A stretch of DNA of 64,000 nt from Enterobacter phage EspM4VN: the sequence record LC373201.2; one strand, 5' to 3'. Each line of letters opens with the position of its first letter. The first letter of the stretch is position 1. The position numbers were made by a program, and so were the translations under genes. The notes below the pieces were generated by a model. It was not told the origin of the DNA. It made no database searches and saw nothing but the letters and a program-made list of their open reading frames with translations. Positions 46,488-56,502 of this stretch are shown here, one piece after another.

Positions 46488-48767
46488 ATGATTAACGTCA
46501 TTAAGCGGGACGGATCTTCTGTCCCCTTTGATATTGAGAAACTACACGCAGTCGTAGACCGCGCATGTGACGGCCTGCCTGGTGTATCAATGTCAGAGGT
46601 GATCGCTGCATCGAAGATTCAGTTCACCGACAACATGAGAACAGATCGCATTCAGGATATCCTCATCCAGGCTGCGGCTTCGCTGATCTCTGTAGACAAA
46701 CCCAATTACCAGTATGTGGCTGCTCGTCTGAAGTCATATGATCTGCGCAAGGCTGTCTATGGCCAGTACAAGCCGCCTCACCTGCTGGATATCTTCGTCA
46801 AGAACATCAAACAGCGTGTGTATGATCGTGAGTTCCTTGATCTCTACACGACCGAAGAGTTCAACGAACTGAACGATGTCATCAATCACAAACGTGACAA
46901 GAACTTCACGTGGGCGGCCATGGGCCAGCTGACTGAGAAGTATCTGCTGCGCGACCGTTCCAAGAAAGACAGCAAGATCTTCTACGAAACCCCTCAGGTC
47001 ATGTACATGGGCATCGCCATGGCGTTGTTCTCTAACTGGGACAAAGACAGCCGCCTAGAGATGGTGAAGAAGTTCTATGAATACGCCAGCACAGGCAAGT
47101 TCAGTCTTCCAACCCCGATTATGGCAGGCGTTCGTACTCCTACCCGTCAGTTCAGTTCCTGCGTGTTGATCAAAACTGGTGACACCCTGGATTCTATCAA
47201 CGCAACAGCCAAAACCATCGTTGACTATGTGTCCAAACGTGCGGGTATCGGCTTCGACATCGGGGCTATCCGTGGGATCGGCAGTCCTATTCGCGGCGGA
47301 GAGATGGTTCACACAGGCCTGATCCCGTTCATCAAGTATCTCACTGGGGCGCTCAAGTCGTGCTCTCAGGGCGGCATTCGTGGTGGTGCAGCAACAGCTT
47401 ATATCCCTCTGTGGCATTACCAGTTCGATGACGTTGTCGTTCTTAAGAACAACCGTGGCACTGAAGAGAACCGCGAACGCCGTATCGACTACGGTATTCA
47501 GATCAACCGCGTGATGTTTGAGCGCCTGGTTGCCAAGCAGCCTCTGTATCTGTTCGACCCGAAAGACAACCGCGAAATGTACGAAGCATACTTCGCCGAC
47601 GTTGACAAGTTCCGTACTCTGTACGAGAACATGATCAAGGCCGCCGACGCTGGCCTGGTACGTTCTAAGAAGCTGCAGGCCGAAGAAGTGTTCCAGATGC
47701 TGTTGGATCAGCGTTCAGACACAGGCCGCATCTACATCGCATTTGTCGATCACATGAATGAATACAGTCCATTCAACCTCGACACCATCTACAGCTCCAA
47801 CCTGTGTCTTGAAATCGCCCTGCCGACCCGTGAGTTCGAGCAGTACAACGATGAAAATGGACGCGTCGCCCTGTGTACCCTGGCTTCCTTTAACCTGACG
47901 GCGTTCGAAGATCCTACGGAAATGGAAGACGTGGCGTTCGTGTTGGTGTCGGCACTGGACATGCTGCTTGAATATCAGGACTATCCAGCGATTCAGGCTC
48001 GTAAGGCTGTTGAAGACTATCGTCCTCTAGGTGTTGGTATCGTGAACGTGGCGCACTTCTTGGCCAAGAACTTCACGGGCTACGGCTCACCAGATGGTCT
48101 TGAGATGTTGGATGCGTGGATGGCACACCTGCACTACTATCTGGTCAAGGCATCCAACCGTCTGGCGATGAAGTTCGGCGCTTGCAAACGTGGAACCATC
48201 CATGGTATGGGACAGGTCACCGCCGATCTTCAGCCGCTTCCGCTTGACATCCTACCAAACGGCAAGAAGCCGGAAGGCATGGCATACGGTCTGGACTGGG
48301 ATGAGTTGAAGGATGACCTGAAGACCTATGGTATCCGCAACGCCACCCTGCTGGCAGTAGCCCCTACCGAAAGCTCCTCACAGGTCCTCAACGCAACGAA
48401 CGGCATTGAGCCACCGAAGGGCTTGGTAAGCATTAAGGGCAGCAAGGACGGCACGTACAAGCAGGTTGTTCCGGATGTAGAGACCCTTGGACCGCTGTAT
48501 GACCTCAAGTGGGACCTGGACTGCATCGAGTACCTGAAGACCGCTGCTGTTATCCAGCGCTGGGTTGACCAGTCCATCAGTACCAACACATGGTATGACC
48601 CAGAGAAGTACCCTGACGGCAAGATCCCTCGTTCCAAGATGATGCAGGATATCCTGTCGTTCTATATGTGGGGTGGTAAGACTCTGTATTACAACACGAA
48701 CAAGGACGCCAAGGAAGACGAAGAGCTGAAACAGGCTGAGGAAGTTTGTGACACCTGTGTCGTCTGA
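46488..48767 (+). CDS. nrdA: ribonucleotide reductase class Ia alpha subunit
   Basis: ATP-cone N-terminus MINVIKRDGSSVPFDIEKL. Catalytic-site segments SNLCLEI and a C-terminal Cys pair CDTCVV. 759 aa. Confidence 0.9.
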   Translation: MINVIKRDGSSVPFDIEKLHAVVDRACDGLPGVSMSEVIAASKIQFTDNMRTDRIQDILIQAAASLISVDKPNYQYVAARLKSYDLRKAVYGQYKPPHLLDIFVKNIKQRVYDREFLDLYTTEEFNELNDVINHKRDKNFTWAAMGQLTEKYLLRDRSKKDSKIFYETPQVMYMGIAMALFSNWDKDSRLEMVKKFYEYASTGKFSLPTPIMAGVRTPTRQFSSCVLIKTGDTLDSINATAKTIVDYVSKRAGIGFDIGAIRGIGSPIRGGEMVHTGLIPFIKYLTGALKSCSQGGIRGGAATAYIPLWHYQFDDVVVLKNNRGTEENRERRIDYGIQINRVMFERLVAKQPLYLFDPKDNREMYEAYFADVDKFRTLYENMIKAADAGLVRSKKLQAEEVFQMLLDQRSDTGRIYIAFVDHMNEYSPFNLDTIYSSNLCLEIALPTREFEQYNDENGRVALCTLASFNLTAFEDPTEMEDVAFVLVSALDMLLEYQDYPAIQARKAVEDYRPLGVGIVNVAHFLAKNFTGYGSPDGLEMLDAWMAHLHYYLVKASNRLAMKFGACKRGTIHGMGQVTADLQPLPLDILPNGKKPEGMAYGLDWDELKDDLKTYGIRNATLLAVAPTESSSQVLNATNGIEPPKGLVSIKGSKDGTYKQVVPDVETLGPLYDLKWDLDCIEYLKTAAVIQRWVDQSISTNTWYDPEKYPDGKIPRSKMMQDILSFYMWGGKTLYYNTNKDAKEDEELKQAEEVCDTCVV

Positions 48768-48800
48768 GTTGGTCTAAACCTGCTACCGTTATATCATCAG

Positions 48801-48826
48801 GGGTGAGAGATCACCCCTTATTTATC
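48801..48826 (+). terminator. hairpin (ggggtga-gaga-tcacccc-ttatttat) between nrdA and nrdB, a possible attenuator
   Basis: Stem plus U-rich tail. It sits between two genes that should be co-expressed. Confidence 0.4.
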
Positions 48827-48837
48827 AGGAAAGAAAC

Positions 48838-49941
48838 ATGAGCGAACAGAAACAATTCTCCGTATTCGACCCAAGCTCGAACAACACTGGTCTGCCGTTC
48901 TTCGGCGATCCGGTGAGCATCCAGCGCTATGACATCGTGGCCTGGCCATTCGTGCAGAAGTGGTATGAGAAAGGCCTCAGCCAGTTCTGGCGTCCGGAAG
49001 AGGTGGACATCACCAAGGACAAGGCCGACTATGCAACCCTCACACCTGCTGAAAAGCGCATCTATGAGAGCAACCTGAAGCGCCAGACCATGCTGGATTC
49101 TATTCAGGGTGCGGCTCCGTTTGAAGCATTTGGTCCATGGGCGTCTACCCCTGAAATGCAGTTCGCCGTACTTGAGTGGACGCGCCAGGAAGCCATCCAC
49201 TCCCTGTCGTACACCCACATCCTGCGCAACACTGTGAACGATCCTGGCATCGTGTTTGATCACGTGTTGGACGTTGCGGAGATTGTGGATTGTGCCCATC
49301 AGATTAGTACTCACTATGACGATATGGTTCGTTACAGTGGCATGCGTATGGCTGGCCGCGCCTTTACTCGTGAAGACATTATGAATGCCAAACGTGCATT
49401 CTGGCGTGCTCTATTCGCTGCCAACACGCTGGAAGGCATCCGCTTCTACGTGTCTTTCGCATGCTCTTGGGCGTTCACGCAGTTCCAGAAGAAGATGGAA
49501 GGCAATGCTAAAATCATTCGCCAGATCGCACGTGATGAGCAAGATCACCTGATCCTGACCCAGACTCTGCTGAACCGCCTGCCTGGCATGGACCCTGACT
49601 TCGAAATCATCCGTGAGGAACTACGTGGTGAGATGACCCAGATGTTCCTGGACGTGGGAAATCAGGAGAAGCAATGGGCTGACTATCTGTTCCAGGACGG
49701 CTCTATGCTTGGTCTGAACGCGAAGATCCTACACCATATGGTAGACTGGTTGCTCACCCACCGCATGGGCGCTATCGGACACCCATATCCTGGGGAACCA
49801 CGTAAGGAATGCCCAGTGCCATGGATCAACGAATGGCTAAATAATAAGACAATGCAATACGCGTTGCAGGAAGCTGAAGCTCCTGATTATCTGATGGGTG
49901 TACTGACTGGTTCAGTATCCGATGGCCTCAAATTCGCTTAA
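48838..49941 (+). CDS. nrdB: ribonucleotide reductase beta subunit
   Basis: Ferritin-like di-iron motifs (EAIHSLSYTHI, EGIRFYVSF, RDEQDHL). It lies downstream of nrdA, after a terminator-like hairpin. Confidence 0.9.
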   Translation: MSEQKQFSVFDPSSNNTGLPFFGDPVSIQRYDIVAWPFVQKWYEKGLSQFWRPEEVDITKDKADYATLTPAEKRIYESNLKRQTMLDSIQGAAPFEAFGPWASTPEMQFAVLEWTRQEAIHSLSYTHILRNTVNDPGIVFDHVLDVAEIVDCAHQISTHYDDMVRYSGMRMAGRAFTREDIMNAKRAFWRALFAANTLEGIRFYVSFACSWAFTQFQKKMEGNAKIIRQIARDEQDHLILTQTLLNRLPGMDPDFEIIREELRGEMTQMFLDVGNQEKQWADYLFQDGSMLGLNAKILHHMVDWLLTHRMGAIGHPYPGEPRKECPVPWINEWLNNKTMQYALQEAEAPDYLMGVLTGSVSDGLKFA

Positions 49942-49950
49942 AGGTGAGAA

Positions 49951-50175
49951 ATGATTACGATCTATTCCAAACAAGGTTGCGCTCAGTGTGTAACAGCTGA
50001 AAATCTGTGCAAGATGAAAGGGCTGGAACACAAGATCCTCAAGCTGGACAAAGACTACCAGCTGGAAGAACTTCAGCAGTTGACGGGTAAGCAGCGCATG
50101 TCGATGCCTGTAATCGTCCTCGCTGACCAGACCGTGACCGACGTTACTGGACTCGCCGCCAGCCTCAAACGCTGA
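49951..50175 (+). CDS. glutaredoxin/NrdH-like redoxin
   Basis: MITIYSKQGCAQCV has a CxxC active site. It sits immediately after nrdB. Confidence 0.7.
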   Translation: MITIYSKQGCAQCVTAENLCKMKGLEHKILKLDKDYQLEELQQLTGKQRMSMPVIVLADQTVTDVTGLAASLKR

Positions 50176-50181
50176 TCTGTC

Positions 50182-50230
50182 AAAGCCCCTCATTGAGGGG
50201 CTTTACTTTTGAAACCCCCTCCCCTATACT
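50182..50230 (+). promoter_or_regulatory. terminator (agcccctc-attg-aggggct-tt) fused to promoter TTTACT-N17-TATACT
   Basis: Same cassette architecture, after the nrd operon. Confidence 0.5.
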
Positions 50231-50280
50231 TCCCAGTAATTCATTGGCATTCGCCACAAATTGAAAGCGGGAACTATATC

Positions 50281-50742
50281 ATGACAAACAAAGTACTCAC
50301 CAACCCACTGCACAACTTCGGTTACATTCAGCTCCCTCTGGTGATCGACACCCTCTTCCCTGAAGACAAGGAAGCTATCTGCTGGTCACCATCCGCTCTG
50401 ATTGAACGCGAAATCTTCAAGTCTGTGGTTGATGTCATGTTCCGTATCGGGCGCAATGGACCTCTGGTCTACCTCGGCAAGGCGACCGAGTTGAAGACAA
50501 GTCACAACGAACGCTTCCTCCGTATCGATACCACAGGGTGCTCTCAGCAGGACTTCAACACATTGCGCAATTATGTGCTGGTCAATCGCCCAATCAGCCA
50601 GCACCGCCCGTATCTGACGTCTATGCATATCGACAACTTCATCACGGATGTGCACCTGCAGGCCGATACGCTCTATGATGACGATCAATGCGTCGCTACC
50701 GACACAGTCTTAAATATGGTTGTGATCACCCTGGCGGAGTAA
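50281..50742 (+). CDS. hypothetical protein (~153 aa)
   Basis: GGAACTATATCATG start context downstream of the promoter at 50202-50230. Confidence 0.5.
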   Translation: MTNKVLTNPLHNFGYIQLPLVIDTLFPEDKEAICWSPSALIEREIFKSVVDVMFRIGRNGPLVYLGKATELKTSHNERFLRIDTTGCSQQDFNTLRNYVLVNRPISQHRPYLTSMHIDNFITDVHLQADTLYDDDQCVATDTVLNMVVITLAE

Positions 50743-50748
50743 ACCATC

Positions 50749-51138
50749 ATGAACTACCCTCTTGACGCGAAGTTTATTCTCCCAAGGAAGGAACTGGACA
50801 CCTTCCGAGTTCTGCATCAACTCTTGGCCGCTGGAGAAACAATCCCATTATACGAGGGCGGAAAGAAGGTAGGGAAAGGGGTTTCGTGCGCGATAGAAGA
50901 CAGTGAATACTGGGCATTTGATTTCAATCGCACCGAGAATTTCAAGCCAAGGGATTCATCAATGATGATGAGGTTCATGATTGACAAACCAATTGACCTA
51001 CAGAAGTATGATCTGTTCTTGGACGCGATCCCATACGAATTCAGGGAGGATGGTCTGAATTACAGATTTGCGTTGTTGGTGTGCTTCAAAATGACTATCG
51101 TCCTGAAGCCTATGTTCACACCACCCAACGCAAGTTAA
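50749..51138 (+). CDS. hypothetical protein (129 aa)
   Basis: ORF coupled to the upstream gene. Confidence 0.5.
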   Translation: MNYPLDAKFILPRKELDTFRVLHQLLAAGETIPLYEGGKKVGKGVSCAIEDSEYWAFDFNRTENFKPRDSSMMMRFMIDKPIDLQKYDLFLDAIPYEFREDGLNYRFALLVCFKMTIVLKPMFTPPNAS

Positions 51139-51519
51139 TCAGTTCGTCCGCTTCAACCACACGGTGTCTGTTATTGGATCTGGGTTGTTGACCACATAGA
51201 ATGTGATGGTCACGCCCAAAGAGTGGTAATCCTCTGACAGACTCACCGTGACTTCCTCTACCTCTGCACGTGGTTCATACAGAGCAATAGCATCTTCAAC
51301 TTTGTTCTTCACATCCACCTGAATCGTTGGGGTGGTGTTCTCTCCAAGAAGATTATACAGCCCTGCGCCGATCCCAGGATAAGTGGGCCAGTCCCCGACT
51401 GAAGACATGACGATATTCCGCACAGATTGCAAGACAGCATAAATCCCAGATTTCATGGTGACATCTTTGGTCACCGGATGCATGCCGAACTTCAGATCGA
51501 CATCTTTGTACTCTTTCAT
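51139..51519 (-). CDS. 25: baseplate wedge protein (T4 gp25 / GPW family)
   Basis: GDWPTYPGIGAGLYNLLGENTTP...ALYEPRAEV...NNPDPI parallels T4 gp25 (G.RP..P.FG..L...LFEN.TP, YEPRI, NPDD). Confidence 0.7.
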   Translation of the reverse strand: MKEYKDVDLKFGMHPVTKDVTMKSGIYAVLQSVRNIVMSSVGDWPTYPGIGAGLYNLLGENTTPTIQVDVKNKVEDAIALYEPRAEVEEVTVSLSEDYHSLGVTITFYVVNNPDPITDTVWLKRTN

Positions 51520-51591
51520 TTCGCGATCCTCTCAGGATGCCTATAAGGAGCAGAGAGACGTGCTGCCCCTCTGCCACTAAACTATACCAAC

Positions 51592-53202
51592 TTACTCTTC
51601 GGTGCCGAAATTACCACCATTGTCTTTTAATTCTGCCTTGATATCAATCTCACCTGGACCCGTAGGGGATGCAGGGGTTGCACCTGACAGAGAAGAAGCG
51701 CGACCAGCACCTTCGGCATATATGATGTTGCCATTGATCGTCTGCGCCACAGTCAGTTTGTCGGCAATAATCTCAGTCGCTAGAATCTTAGGAACCTTCA
51801 ACGTCCCGCCGACCTCCAGAGTCTCACAGATGATGCGCAGAATATTCTGTGCCTGCATCTCAGCCAGGTTACTGAATTTCATCAACGCTGTGCCTGCAAC
51901 CACGTTGGAGTAGTTGTTAGAATGCAGATGATAGACTTCACCTTTCTTGCGCTGGACTTCGGTGCCGTTGATCGTCAGGTTGTGATCGCCGCCAACATAA
52001 TAGCGCTTGTTGAACATCGTCAGGTCATAGTGGTCTTTGACGGCCTTGTTGACCACATCACCGTCTGGCAACATTTGCTTGTACGACCCAGACATATGCA
52101 TCCAGTGAAGACGTTCACCGCCAGGAGTGTCATCCACTTCCATAATATGCCCAGCGCGGGATGCCATGACATTGTTGTATGGGTATTTGGATCCACCCGC
52201 AGCCGGAACCATGGTCTCGCCAGTGTTATCAATATCCTGAACTCGCCCAGTAGGAGCCGGAGTCGGTTGTTCCTTTGGAGTACGATCTGGGATAGGTTCT
52301 GACCATTTACCATTCTGCTGTGCAGGCGCGGCTGTGGCTGTGTTAGCAGGACCAGGCCAGCGATAACCCAAGACTGAAGAACGGCTGAAACGACTGACCT
52401 TGACTGAATCGGATTGGTTGCCCCCGATACACCAGACATAGTTTGCATCGAACTTCTGTACAAACGCCACGTGACCAAACGTAGGGTTGTTGCCGCGCCG
52501 GAAGACTACGATAGCACCATATTGTGGTGCTGACAGTGCACTACCCCATGTTAAGTAAGATCGGGCAAGAGCGGAGCGTGTAGACGTGTATCCGGCCTGC
52601 AACATAACCCAGCCCACGAACGCCGCACACCATGACACTTCATCTTCAGAAGCACCAAGGGAGGTTGTCTTGTGGTATTCTACAATGCGCGGGTTGTTGT
52701 TGAACTTTCCGGCGTACTCCTTGACGCCCAATTCACCACGAGCGATTGTCATCCACTTCTCTGGATCATACCCGCCAACAGGTGGTTGTGGATCTGGTTG
52801 TGGTTCGTCTTCTTGTTTCACAGGAACGTCAGTGACAGCGTTGTACGCCTGACGTTCTACAGATTGAACAACCTGCCCCAGCGCCAGCGGGTTTGTGTCC
52901 GCGCCGTCTGTTGGGGTAGCACCAGGCCATGTCCATGTGATACGCAGATTCTGATATGCATCATCCAGGGCGAAGCCCATGACCTCGGTGCCAACGATAA
53001 TACCCGTCGGAGACCAGCCTAATCCAGCAGAGGAGGCATTGGACGCAGGCATCATCACCTTTGCCCATGGGAGTTTGTCCGAAGGCAGGAGAACGGGATC
53101 TTCGGTATGAATACCACGGACACGGACGGCAACGCGTCCATTTTCATCTGGATCGTTGACGTCCTCAACGGTGCCATAAAACCATCTCATTTTGTCTAAC
53201 AT
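51592..53202 (-). CDS. 5: baseplate hub / tail-associated lysin (T4 gp5-like OB domain plus CHAP/NlpC-P60 peptidase domain)
   Basis: The N-terminus WFYGTVEDVNDPDENGRVAVRVRGIHTEDPVLLPSDKLPWAKVMMP matches the T4 gp5 OB domain. The central region EVSWCAAFVGWV...TFGHVAFV is a Cys/His CHAP domain. A late-like box CATAAATA lies ~35 nt upstream. Confidence 0.75.
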   Translation of the reverse strand: MLDKMRWFYGTVEDVNDPDENGRVAVRVRGIHTEDPVLLPSDKLPWAKVMMPASNASSAGLGWSPTGIIVGTEVMGFALDDAYQNLRITWTWPGATPTDGADTNPLALGQVVQSVERQAYNAVTDVPVKQEDEPQPDPQPPVGGYDPEKWMTIARGELGVKEYAGKFNNNPRIVEYHKTTSLGASEDEVSWCAAFVGWVMLQAGYTSTRSALARSYLTWGSALSAPQYGAIVVFRRGNNPTFGHVAFVQKFDANYVWCIGGNQSDSVKVSRFSRSSVLGYRWPGPANTATAAPAQQNGKWSEPIPDRTPKEQPTPAPTGRVQDIDNTGETMVPAAGGSKYPYNNVMASRAGHIMEVDDTPGGERLHWMHMSGSYKQMLPDGDVVNKAVKDHYDLTMFNKRYYVGGDHNLTINGTEVQRKKGEVYHLHSNNYSNVVAGTALMKFSNLAEMQAQNILRIICETLEVGGTLKVPKILATEIIADKLTVAQTINGNIIYAEGAGRASSLSGATPASPTGPGEIDIKAELKDNGGNFGTEE

Positions 53203-53236
53203 ATTGAGTTCCGGTTGTCAAACAAGGATTTGAAGG

Positions 53237-53244
53237 TATTTATG
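53237..53244 (-). promoter_or_regulatory. late-promoter-like box CATAAATA (minus strand) upstream of the gp5-like gene
   Basis: 7/8 match to TATAAATA, ~35 nt upstream of the ATG at 53202. Confidence 0.35.
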
Positions 53245-53548
53245 CGCAGTGGATTTTGCCTTATATACTATAGGAAGCTCTGCTTCCGTTCAGTTAATTG
53301 TCCTTATCGATCTTATTCGCTTCGCTCATCAAACCGCCCTATGCAGGCAGCACCATTCCAATGCCATGGAGGCATAAGAGCGAGGCAATAACTGTACACC
53401 TCAGAACACTCCTTGAAAAATGGTATTTTACTGACAATCTGATTCAAAACAGACTATCACCAACAAATGACTCAGGGATACACCTATTATAACAATTTCG
53501 GGTAAAGAGAGCACGTGTTAACCTGTTTTACAGTTAAGCCAGTAAAAA

Positions 53549-53575
53549 TCCCGCCGAAGCGGGATTACTGTTTCT
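53549..53575 (-). terminator. intrinsic terminator (aatcccgc-ttcg-gcgggatt-tttt on the minus strand) downstream of gene 53713..54519
   Basis: Hairpin plus T-run when read on the minus strand. Confidence 0.5.
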
Positions 53576-53712
53576 TAGACAACCTGACCTTGAGGCTTCG
53601 GTTAACAAGTCAAGATGCCACGGCATCGACTCGTTGATTTCAAATATGCTATAGCCGTGTAACTTCAATTCATCACACATCACGAAGTAGGATAGTAAAT
53701 CAGTTTCAAACA

Positions 53713-54519
53713 TTAGATGAAAATTTCATTAATGCTATTGAACTCGATCGGGTGGTCTTTACCACATTTAGGACACTTGATCTTGTTCTTGTAGTAGATG
53801 CGCGGGATCTTATGGAAGAAGTCCTTGGTGATCTGTTCAATAACATCAGACTCGAGGTTATCTTTCACCCAATCAACAAACGCTTCTTTCACACGGCGGC
53901 GCTCAATAGCTTCATCAGGCGCGATACCTGCTTCATCAGGGTTCTCAATTCGCCAGACCTGACCATCGTCGTCATACAGGCAATCAATGAACGTGGCCAA
54001 CATCACCTGAATGCTGTCCGCGTCTGAGAGCGCCGAGGCATCAGAGAAGGAAGGTTGACGCATCTTGAGGTGATAGCCGCCGGGTAGATCAAACACATCC
54101 CTGAATCCCTCTTTCGCCACGCATTTAACGTTCTGTAAAGGGATTGGCAATGTGAGTTCTTGTTCACACGGAACCATCTTCTTCTGTTGTGTGCCGTCAC
54201 CGAGGTCGATGGTTTCTTCAACCTGGTTGTTGCACTTGTAACGAATCTTCATCAATTCACCGATGGCGATGCAACGCATGCGGATGAACACTTCCTCAAC
54301 AACTCCGATTGGCAGTTTGCTGAAAGGAGCGCCAGCCTCCACACATTCACCAAACAGGCTCTCCATAATGGTGGCGCGTTCGGCAATCGGCGTTTGCGGA
54401 TCAGACACCTGAAGCAATAAAGTTTGTTGCCCTGCAGTGAAAGCGCGATACTTAATGGTGCTCGGCCAGAAATCACTTTTGAACGTTTTCTCCGTTCTGG
54501 GCAATGATGGTAAATTCAT
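53713..54519 (-). CDS. late structural protein, possibly baseplate-associated (268 aa, C-terminal CPKCGKDH zinc ribbon)
   Basis: A perfect TATAAATA late promoter lies 30 nt upstream on the minus strand. It is upstream of gp5 and gp25. An intrinsic terminator lies ~140 nt downstream. Confidence 0.5.
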   Translation of the reverse strand: MNLPSLPRTEKTFKSDFWPSTIKYRAFTAGQQTLLLQVSDPQTPIAERATIMESLFGECVEAGAPFSKLPIGVVEEVFIRMRCIAIGELMKIRYKCNNQVEETIDLGDGTQQKKMVPCEQELTLPIPLQNVKCVAKEGFRDVFDLPGGYHLKMRQPSFSDASALSDADSIQVMLATFIDCLYDDDGQVWRIENPDEAGIAPDEAIERRRVKEAFVDWVKDNLESDVIEQITKDFFHKIPRIYYKNKIKCPKCGKDHPIEFNSINEIFI

Positions 54520-54548
54520 AATGTATCTCCACAGTATAGTTGTACAGA

Positions 54549-54556
54549 TATTTATA
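54549..54556 (-). promoter_or_regulatory. T4-type late promoter TATAAATA (minus strand) for gene 53713..54519
   Basis: tatttata on the + strand is TATAAATA on the minus strand, 30 nt upstream of the start codon. Confidence 0.5.
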
Positions 54557-54563
54557 ACGAGGA

Positions 54564-55094
54564 ATGAAAATGCGCGGATTTTGTTTTAGTGAAATCGGCA
54601 AGGAATTGTCCATACAATATCCTGACCCCAACACCGACTTCTTTATTTTCTTGTCAGACTATGCCAAGAAAGAAAATGCCACCCATATTGCGATGAAGCA
54701 TGATGATTATAAGTTCTGTCGTCTGGGTGTCAAAGATCTATTGCGCGCCGGACTGAACGTAATCATCGTCGATCCCAGTTATAGCCCAATAGATGATGAA
54801 GAAGTCCTTCCTGTGTTTGTCCATCGAAATATCAATACACTAGACAAACATTTCCCAGATTGCGTTGTTATCGGAGAATTGGTCTCTTATTTCCACCATG
54901 GGCGGAAGCTCAAACAAATTAAAAGTTATTTTCAAGAGGGTGTTGGTCAATATAAGATGAACGCCCTCAGTAGTGGATGGAGGGTGTTGTCGACAGCTGG
55001 CGGCACCGACTATATTAAAATGCGTGTCTACGAATATGTTGTGGAGCGCGATTATGAACTGGAGAAAGGTAATGCAAAACGAAACCGCCATTGA
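54564..55094 (+). CDS. hypothetical protein (176 aa)
   Basis: ORF divergent from the late structural gene. Confidence 0.5.
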   Translation: MKMRGFCFSEIGKELSIQYPDPNTDFFIFLSDYAKKENATHIAMKHDDYKFCRLGVKDLLRAGLNVIIVDPSYSPIDDEEVLPVFVHRNINTLDKHFPDCVVIGELVSYFHHGRKLKQIKSYFQEGVGQYKMNALSSGWRVLSTAGGTDYIKMRVYEYVVERDYELEKGNAKRNRH

Positions 55095-55563
55095 ACGCAC
55101 CCCGATTGAGGAAGTGCAGCAGCATGTTCTGGATCTGATGAAGCACACGGTGTCGGATGCAGATGGTAAAGTTCCTGATGAATTTGTCGGCGCGTTCGAA
55201 CAAGTTGCTCTGGATACAGAGGGTGTTCCTTTGATCCAGACTATCGGTGGCCTGCTGATGTTTGAAGAAAAGGCTCTGGCCGATGGCGCTGTTTTGTACT
55301 CTGCCAACATTGGCGTGGACGGTGAATCACTGTCTATCGAAGTGTGCAACTTGGCCAAGTACCTTCTGCAATGTGGCTATGACCTGCGTGTGGTGACAGC
55401 CCACTACATCGACCCACAGGGGCAGATCTCTTACGGTGATGAAGGTCGCAAAGTGAAGCGTCACATTGAAACCTCATTCATCCTGCAGAGCATCCAGCAG
55501 ATGCAGAAGAACCTGGACCACCCTGGCCTGATCCTGCCTGACAGTAAAATCATCACCCGTTAA
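55072..55563 (+). CDS. hypothetical protein (~164 aa)
   Basis: ATG at 55072 with a GGAGAAAGG RBS, inside track ORF 54973..55563. Confidence 0.5.
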   Translation: MQNETAIERTPIEEVQQHVLDLMKHTVSDADGKVPDEFVGAFEQVALDTEGVPLIQTIGGLLMFEEKALADGAVLYSANIGVDGESLSIEVCNLAKYLLQCGYDLRVVTAHYIDPQGQISYGDEGRKVKRHIETSFILQSIQQMQKNLDHPGLILPDSKIITR

Positions 55564-55614
55564 TCCGGCGTAAATACCCATAACACTACATGAAACTTCG
55601 TTATGGGTATTTAC

Positions 55615-56205
55615 ATGAAATATTGCGGAATTGACTACTCGTATGGTTGCCCATCCCTGTGCTTCTGGGATGACAAAGACCCTCTTGATTTTGACCATCT
55701 GCGCTTCTACGCGTATTACACCGTGGAGAAGTACTGCACTCAGATTCGCCAGAACATCCTCATCATGAAGCAGCCGAAGTGGGACACTCCTGAGGAGCGC
55801 TTCTACAACATCTGTAAATGGGCTGAGGCCGTCCTGTTGACTGAGAAGCCGGATGCCATCACCCTTGAAGGGTATGCCATGGGCAACTCCAAGAACTCCA
55901 ACAACATCTGTCAGACAGCGGAGAATACTTCCCTGTTGAAGCAGGTGCTGCGTCGTCACGGTTTCGACTTCCAGATCGTGTCACCGTCCCATGTGAAGAA
56001 GATGTTCACAGACAAAGGCAATGCTGATAAACTCGCCATGATCGCCCACTTCGAAGCCCTGTTCAATGTTAATATGCGCGGTATAATGGATATGTTGGAA
56101 GTTAAGGATCCCAAGCCGATCGATGACCTTGTAGATGGGTTCGCGATCATGACCTGTGGTTCCTACTTCATTGAGAATAATCCAGACTTCAACAGAGGTG
56201 TATGA
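55615..56205 (+). CDS. putative RuvC-like Holliday junction resolvase (RNase H fold)
   Basis: MKYCGIDYSYG resembles the RuvC N-terminal ..GIDPG catalytic Asp region. A C-terminal acidic DGFAIMTCG is present. This is a weak call. Confidence 0.4.
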   Translation: MKYCGIDYSYGCPSLCFWDDKDPLDFDHLRFYAYYTVEKYCTQIRQNILIMKQPKWDTPEERFYNICKWAEAVLLTEKPDAITLEGYAMGNSKNSNNICQTAENTSLLKQVLRRHGFDFQIVSPSHVKKMFTDKGNADKLAMIAHFEALFNVNMRGIMDMLEVKDPKPIDDLVDGFAIMTCGSYFIENNPDFNRGV

Positions 56206-56502
56206 TGGTCGATTACTGGTTGTTGGCGAACTTCCTGACGTTCGCTTTGTTGTTAGTGGTTGTGTTGGTCTGGGTGAAGTCATTCTTCACTCTGATTCAC
56301 GCGTATGTGTATCAGATCAACTTCTATACACTGTCGCCATATCGTGACACGAACGTCCGTGCCGATCAACAGGCCGAGGCCATACTCTCGTATCAGTTTA
56401 TCCATATGCGTGACAAAATGATTAAGCGCGTTGTGTTTTCTACAGTGGCGTTGCTGGTTATCATTATGGTTCGTTTCGTACTGACAACTGTGGGGTGTTC
56501 CA
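56202..56502 (+). CDS. small membrane protein (2 TM segments)
   Basis: N-terminal part of track ORF 56202..56984 (MMVDYWLLANFLTFALLLVVVLVWV...). It overlaps the upstream stop (ATGA). Confidence 0.3.
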
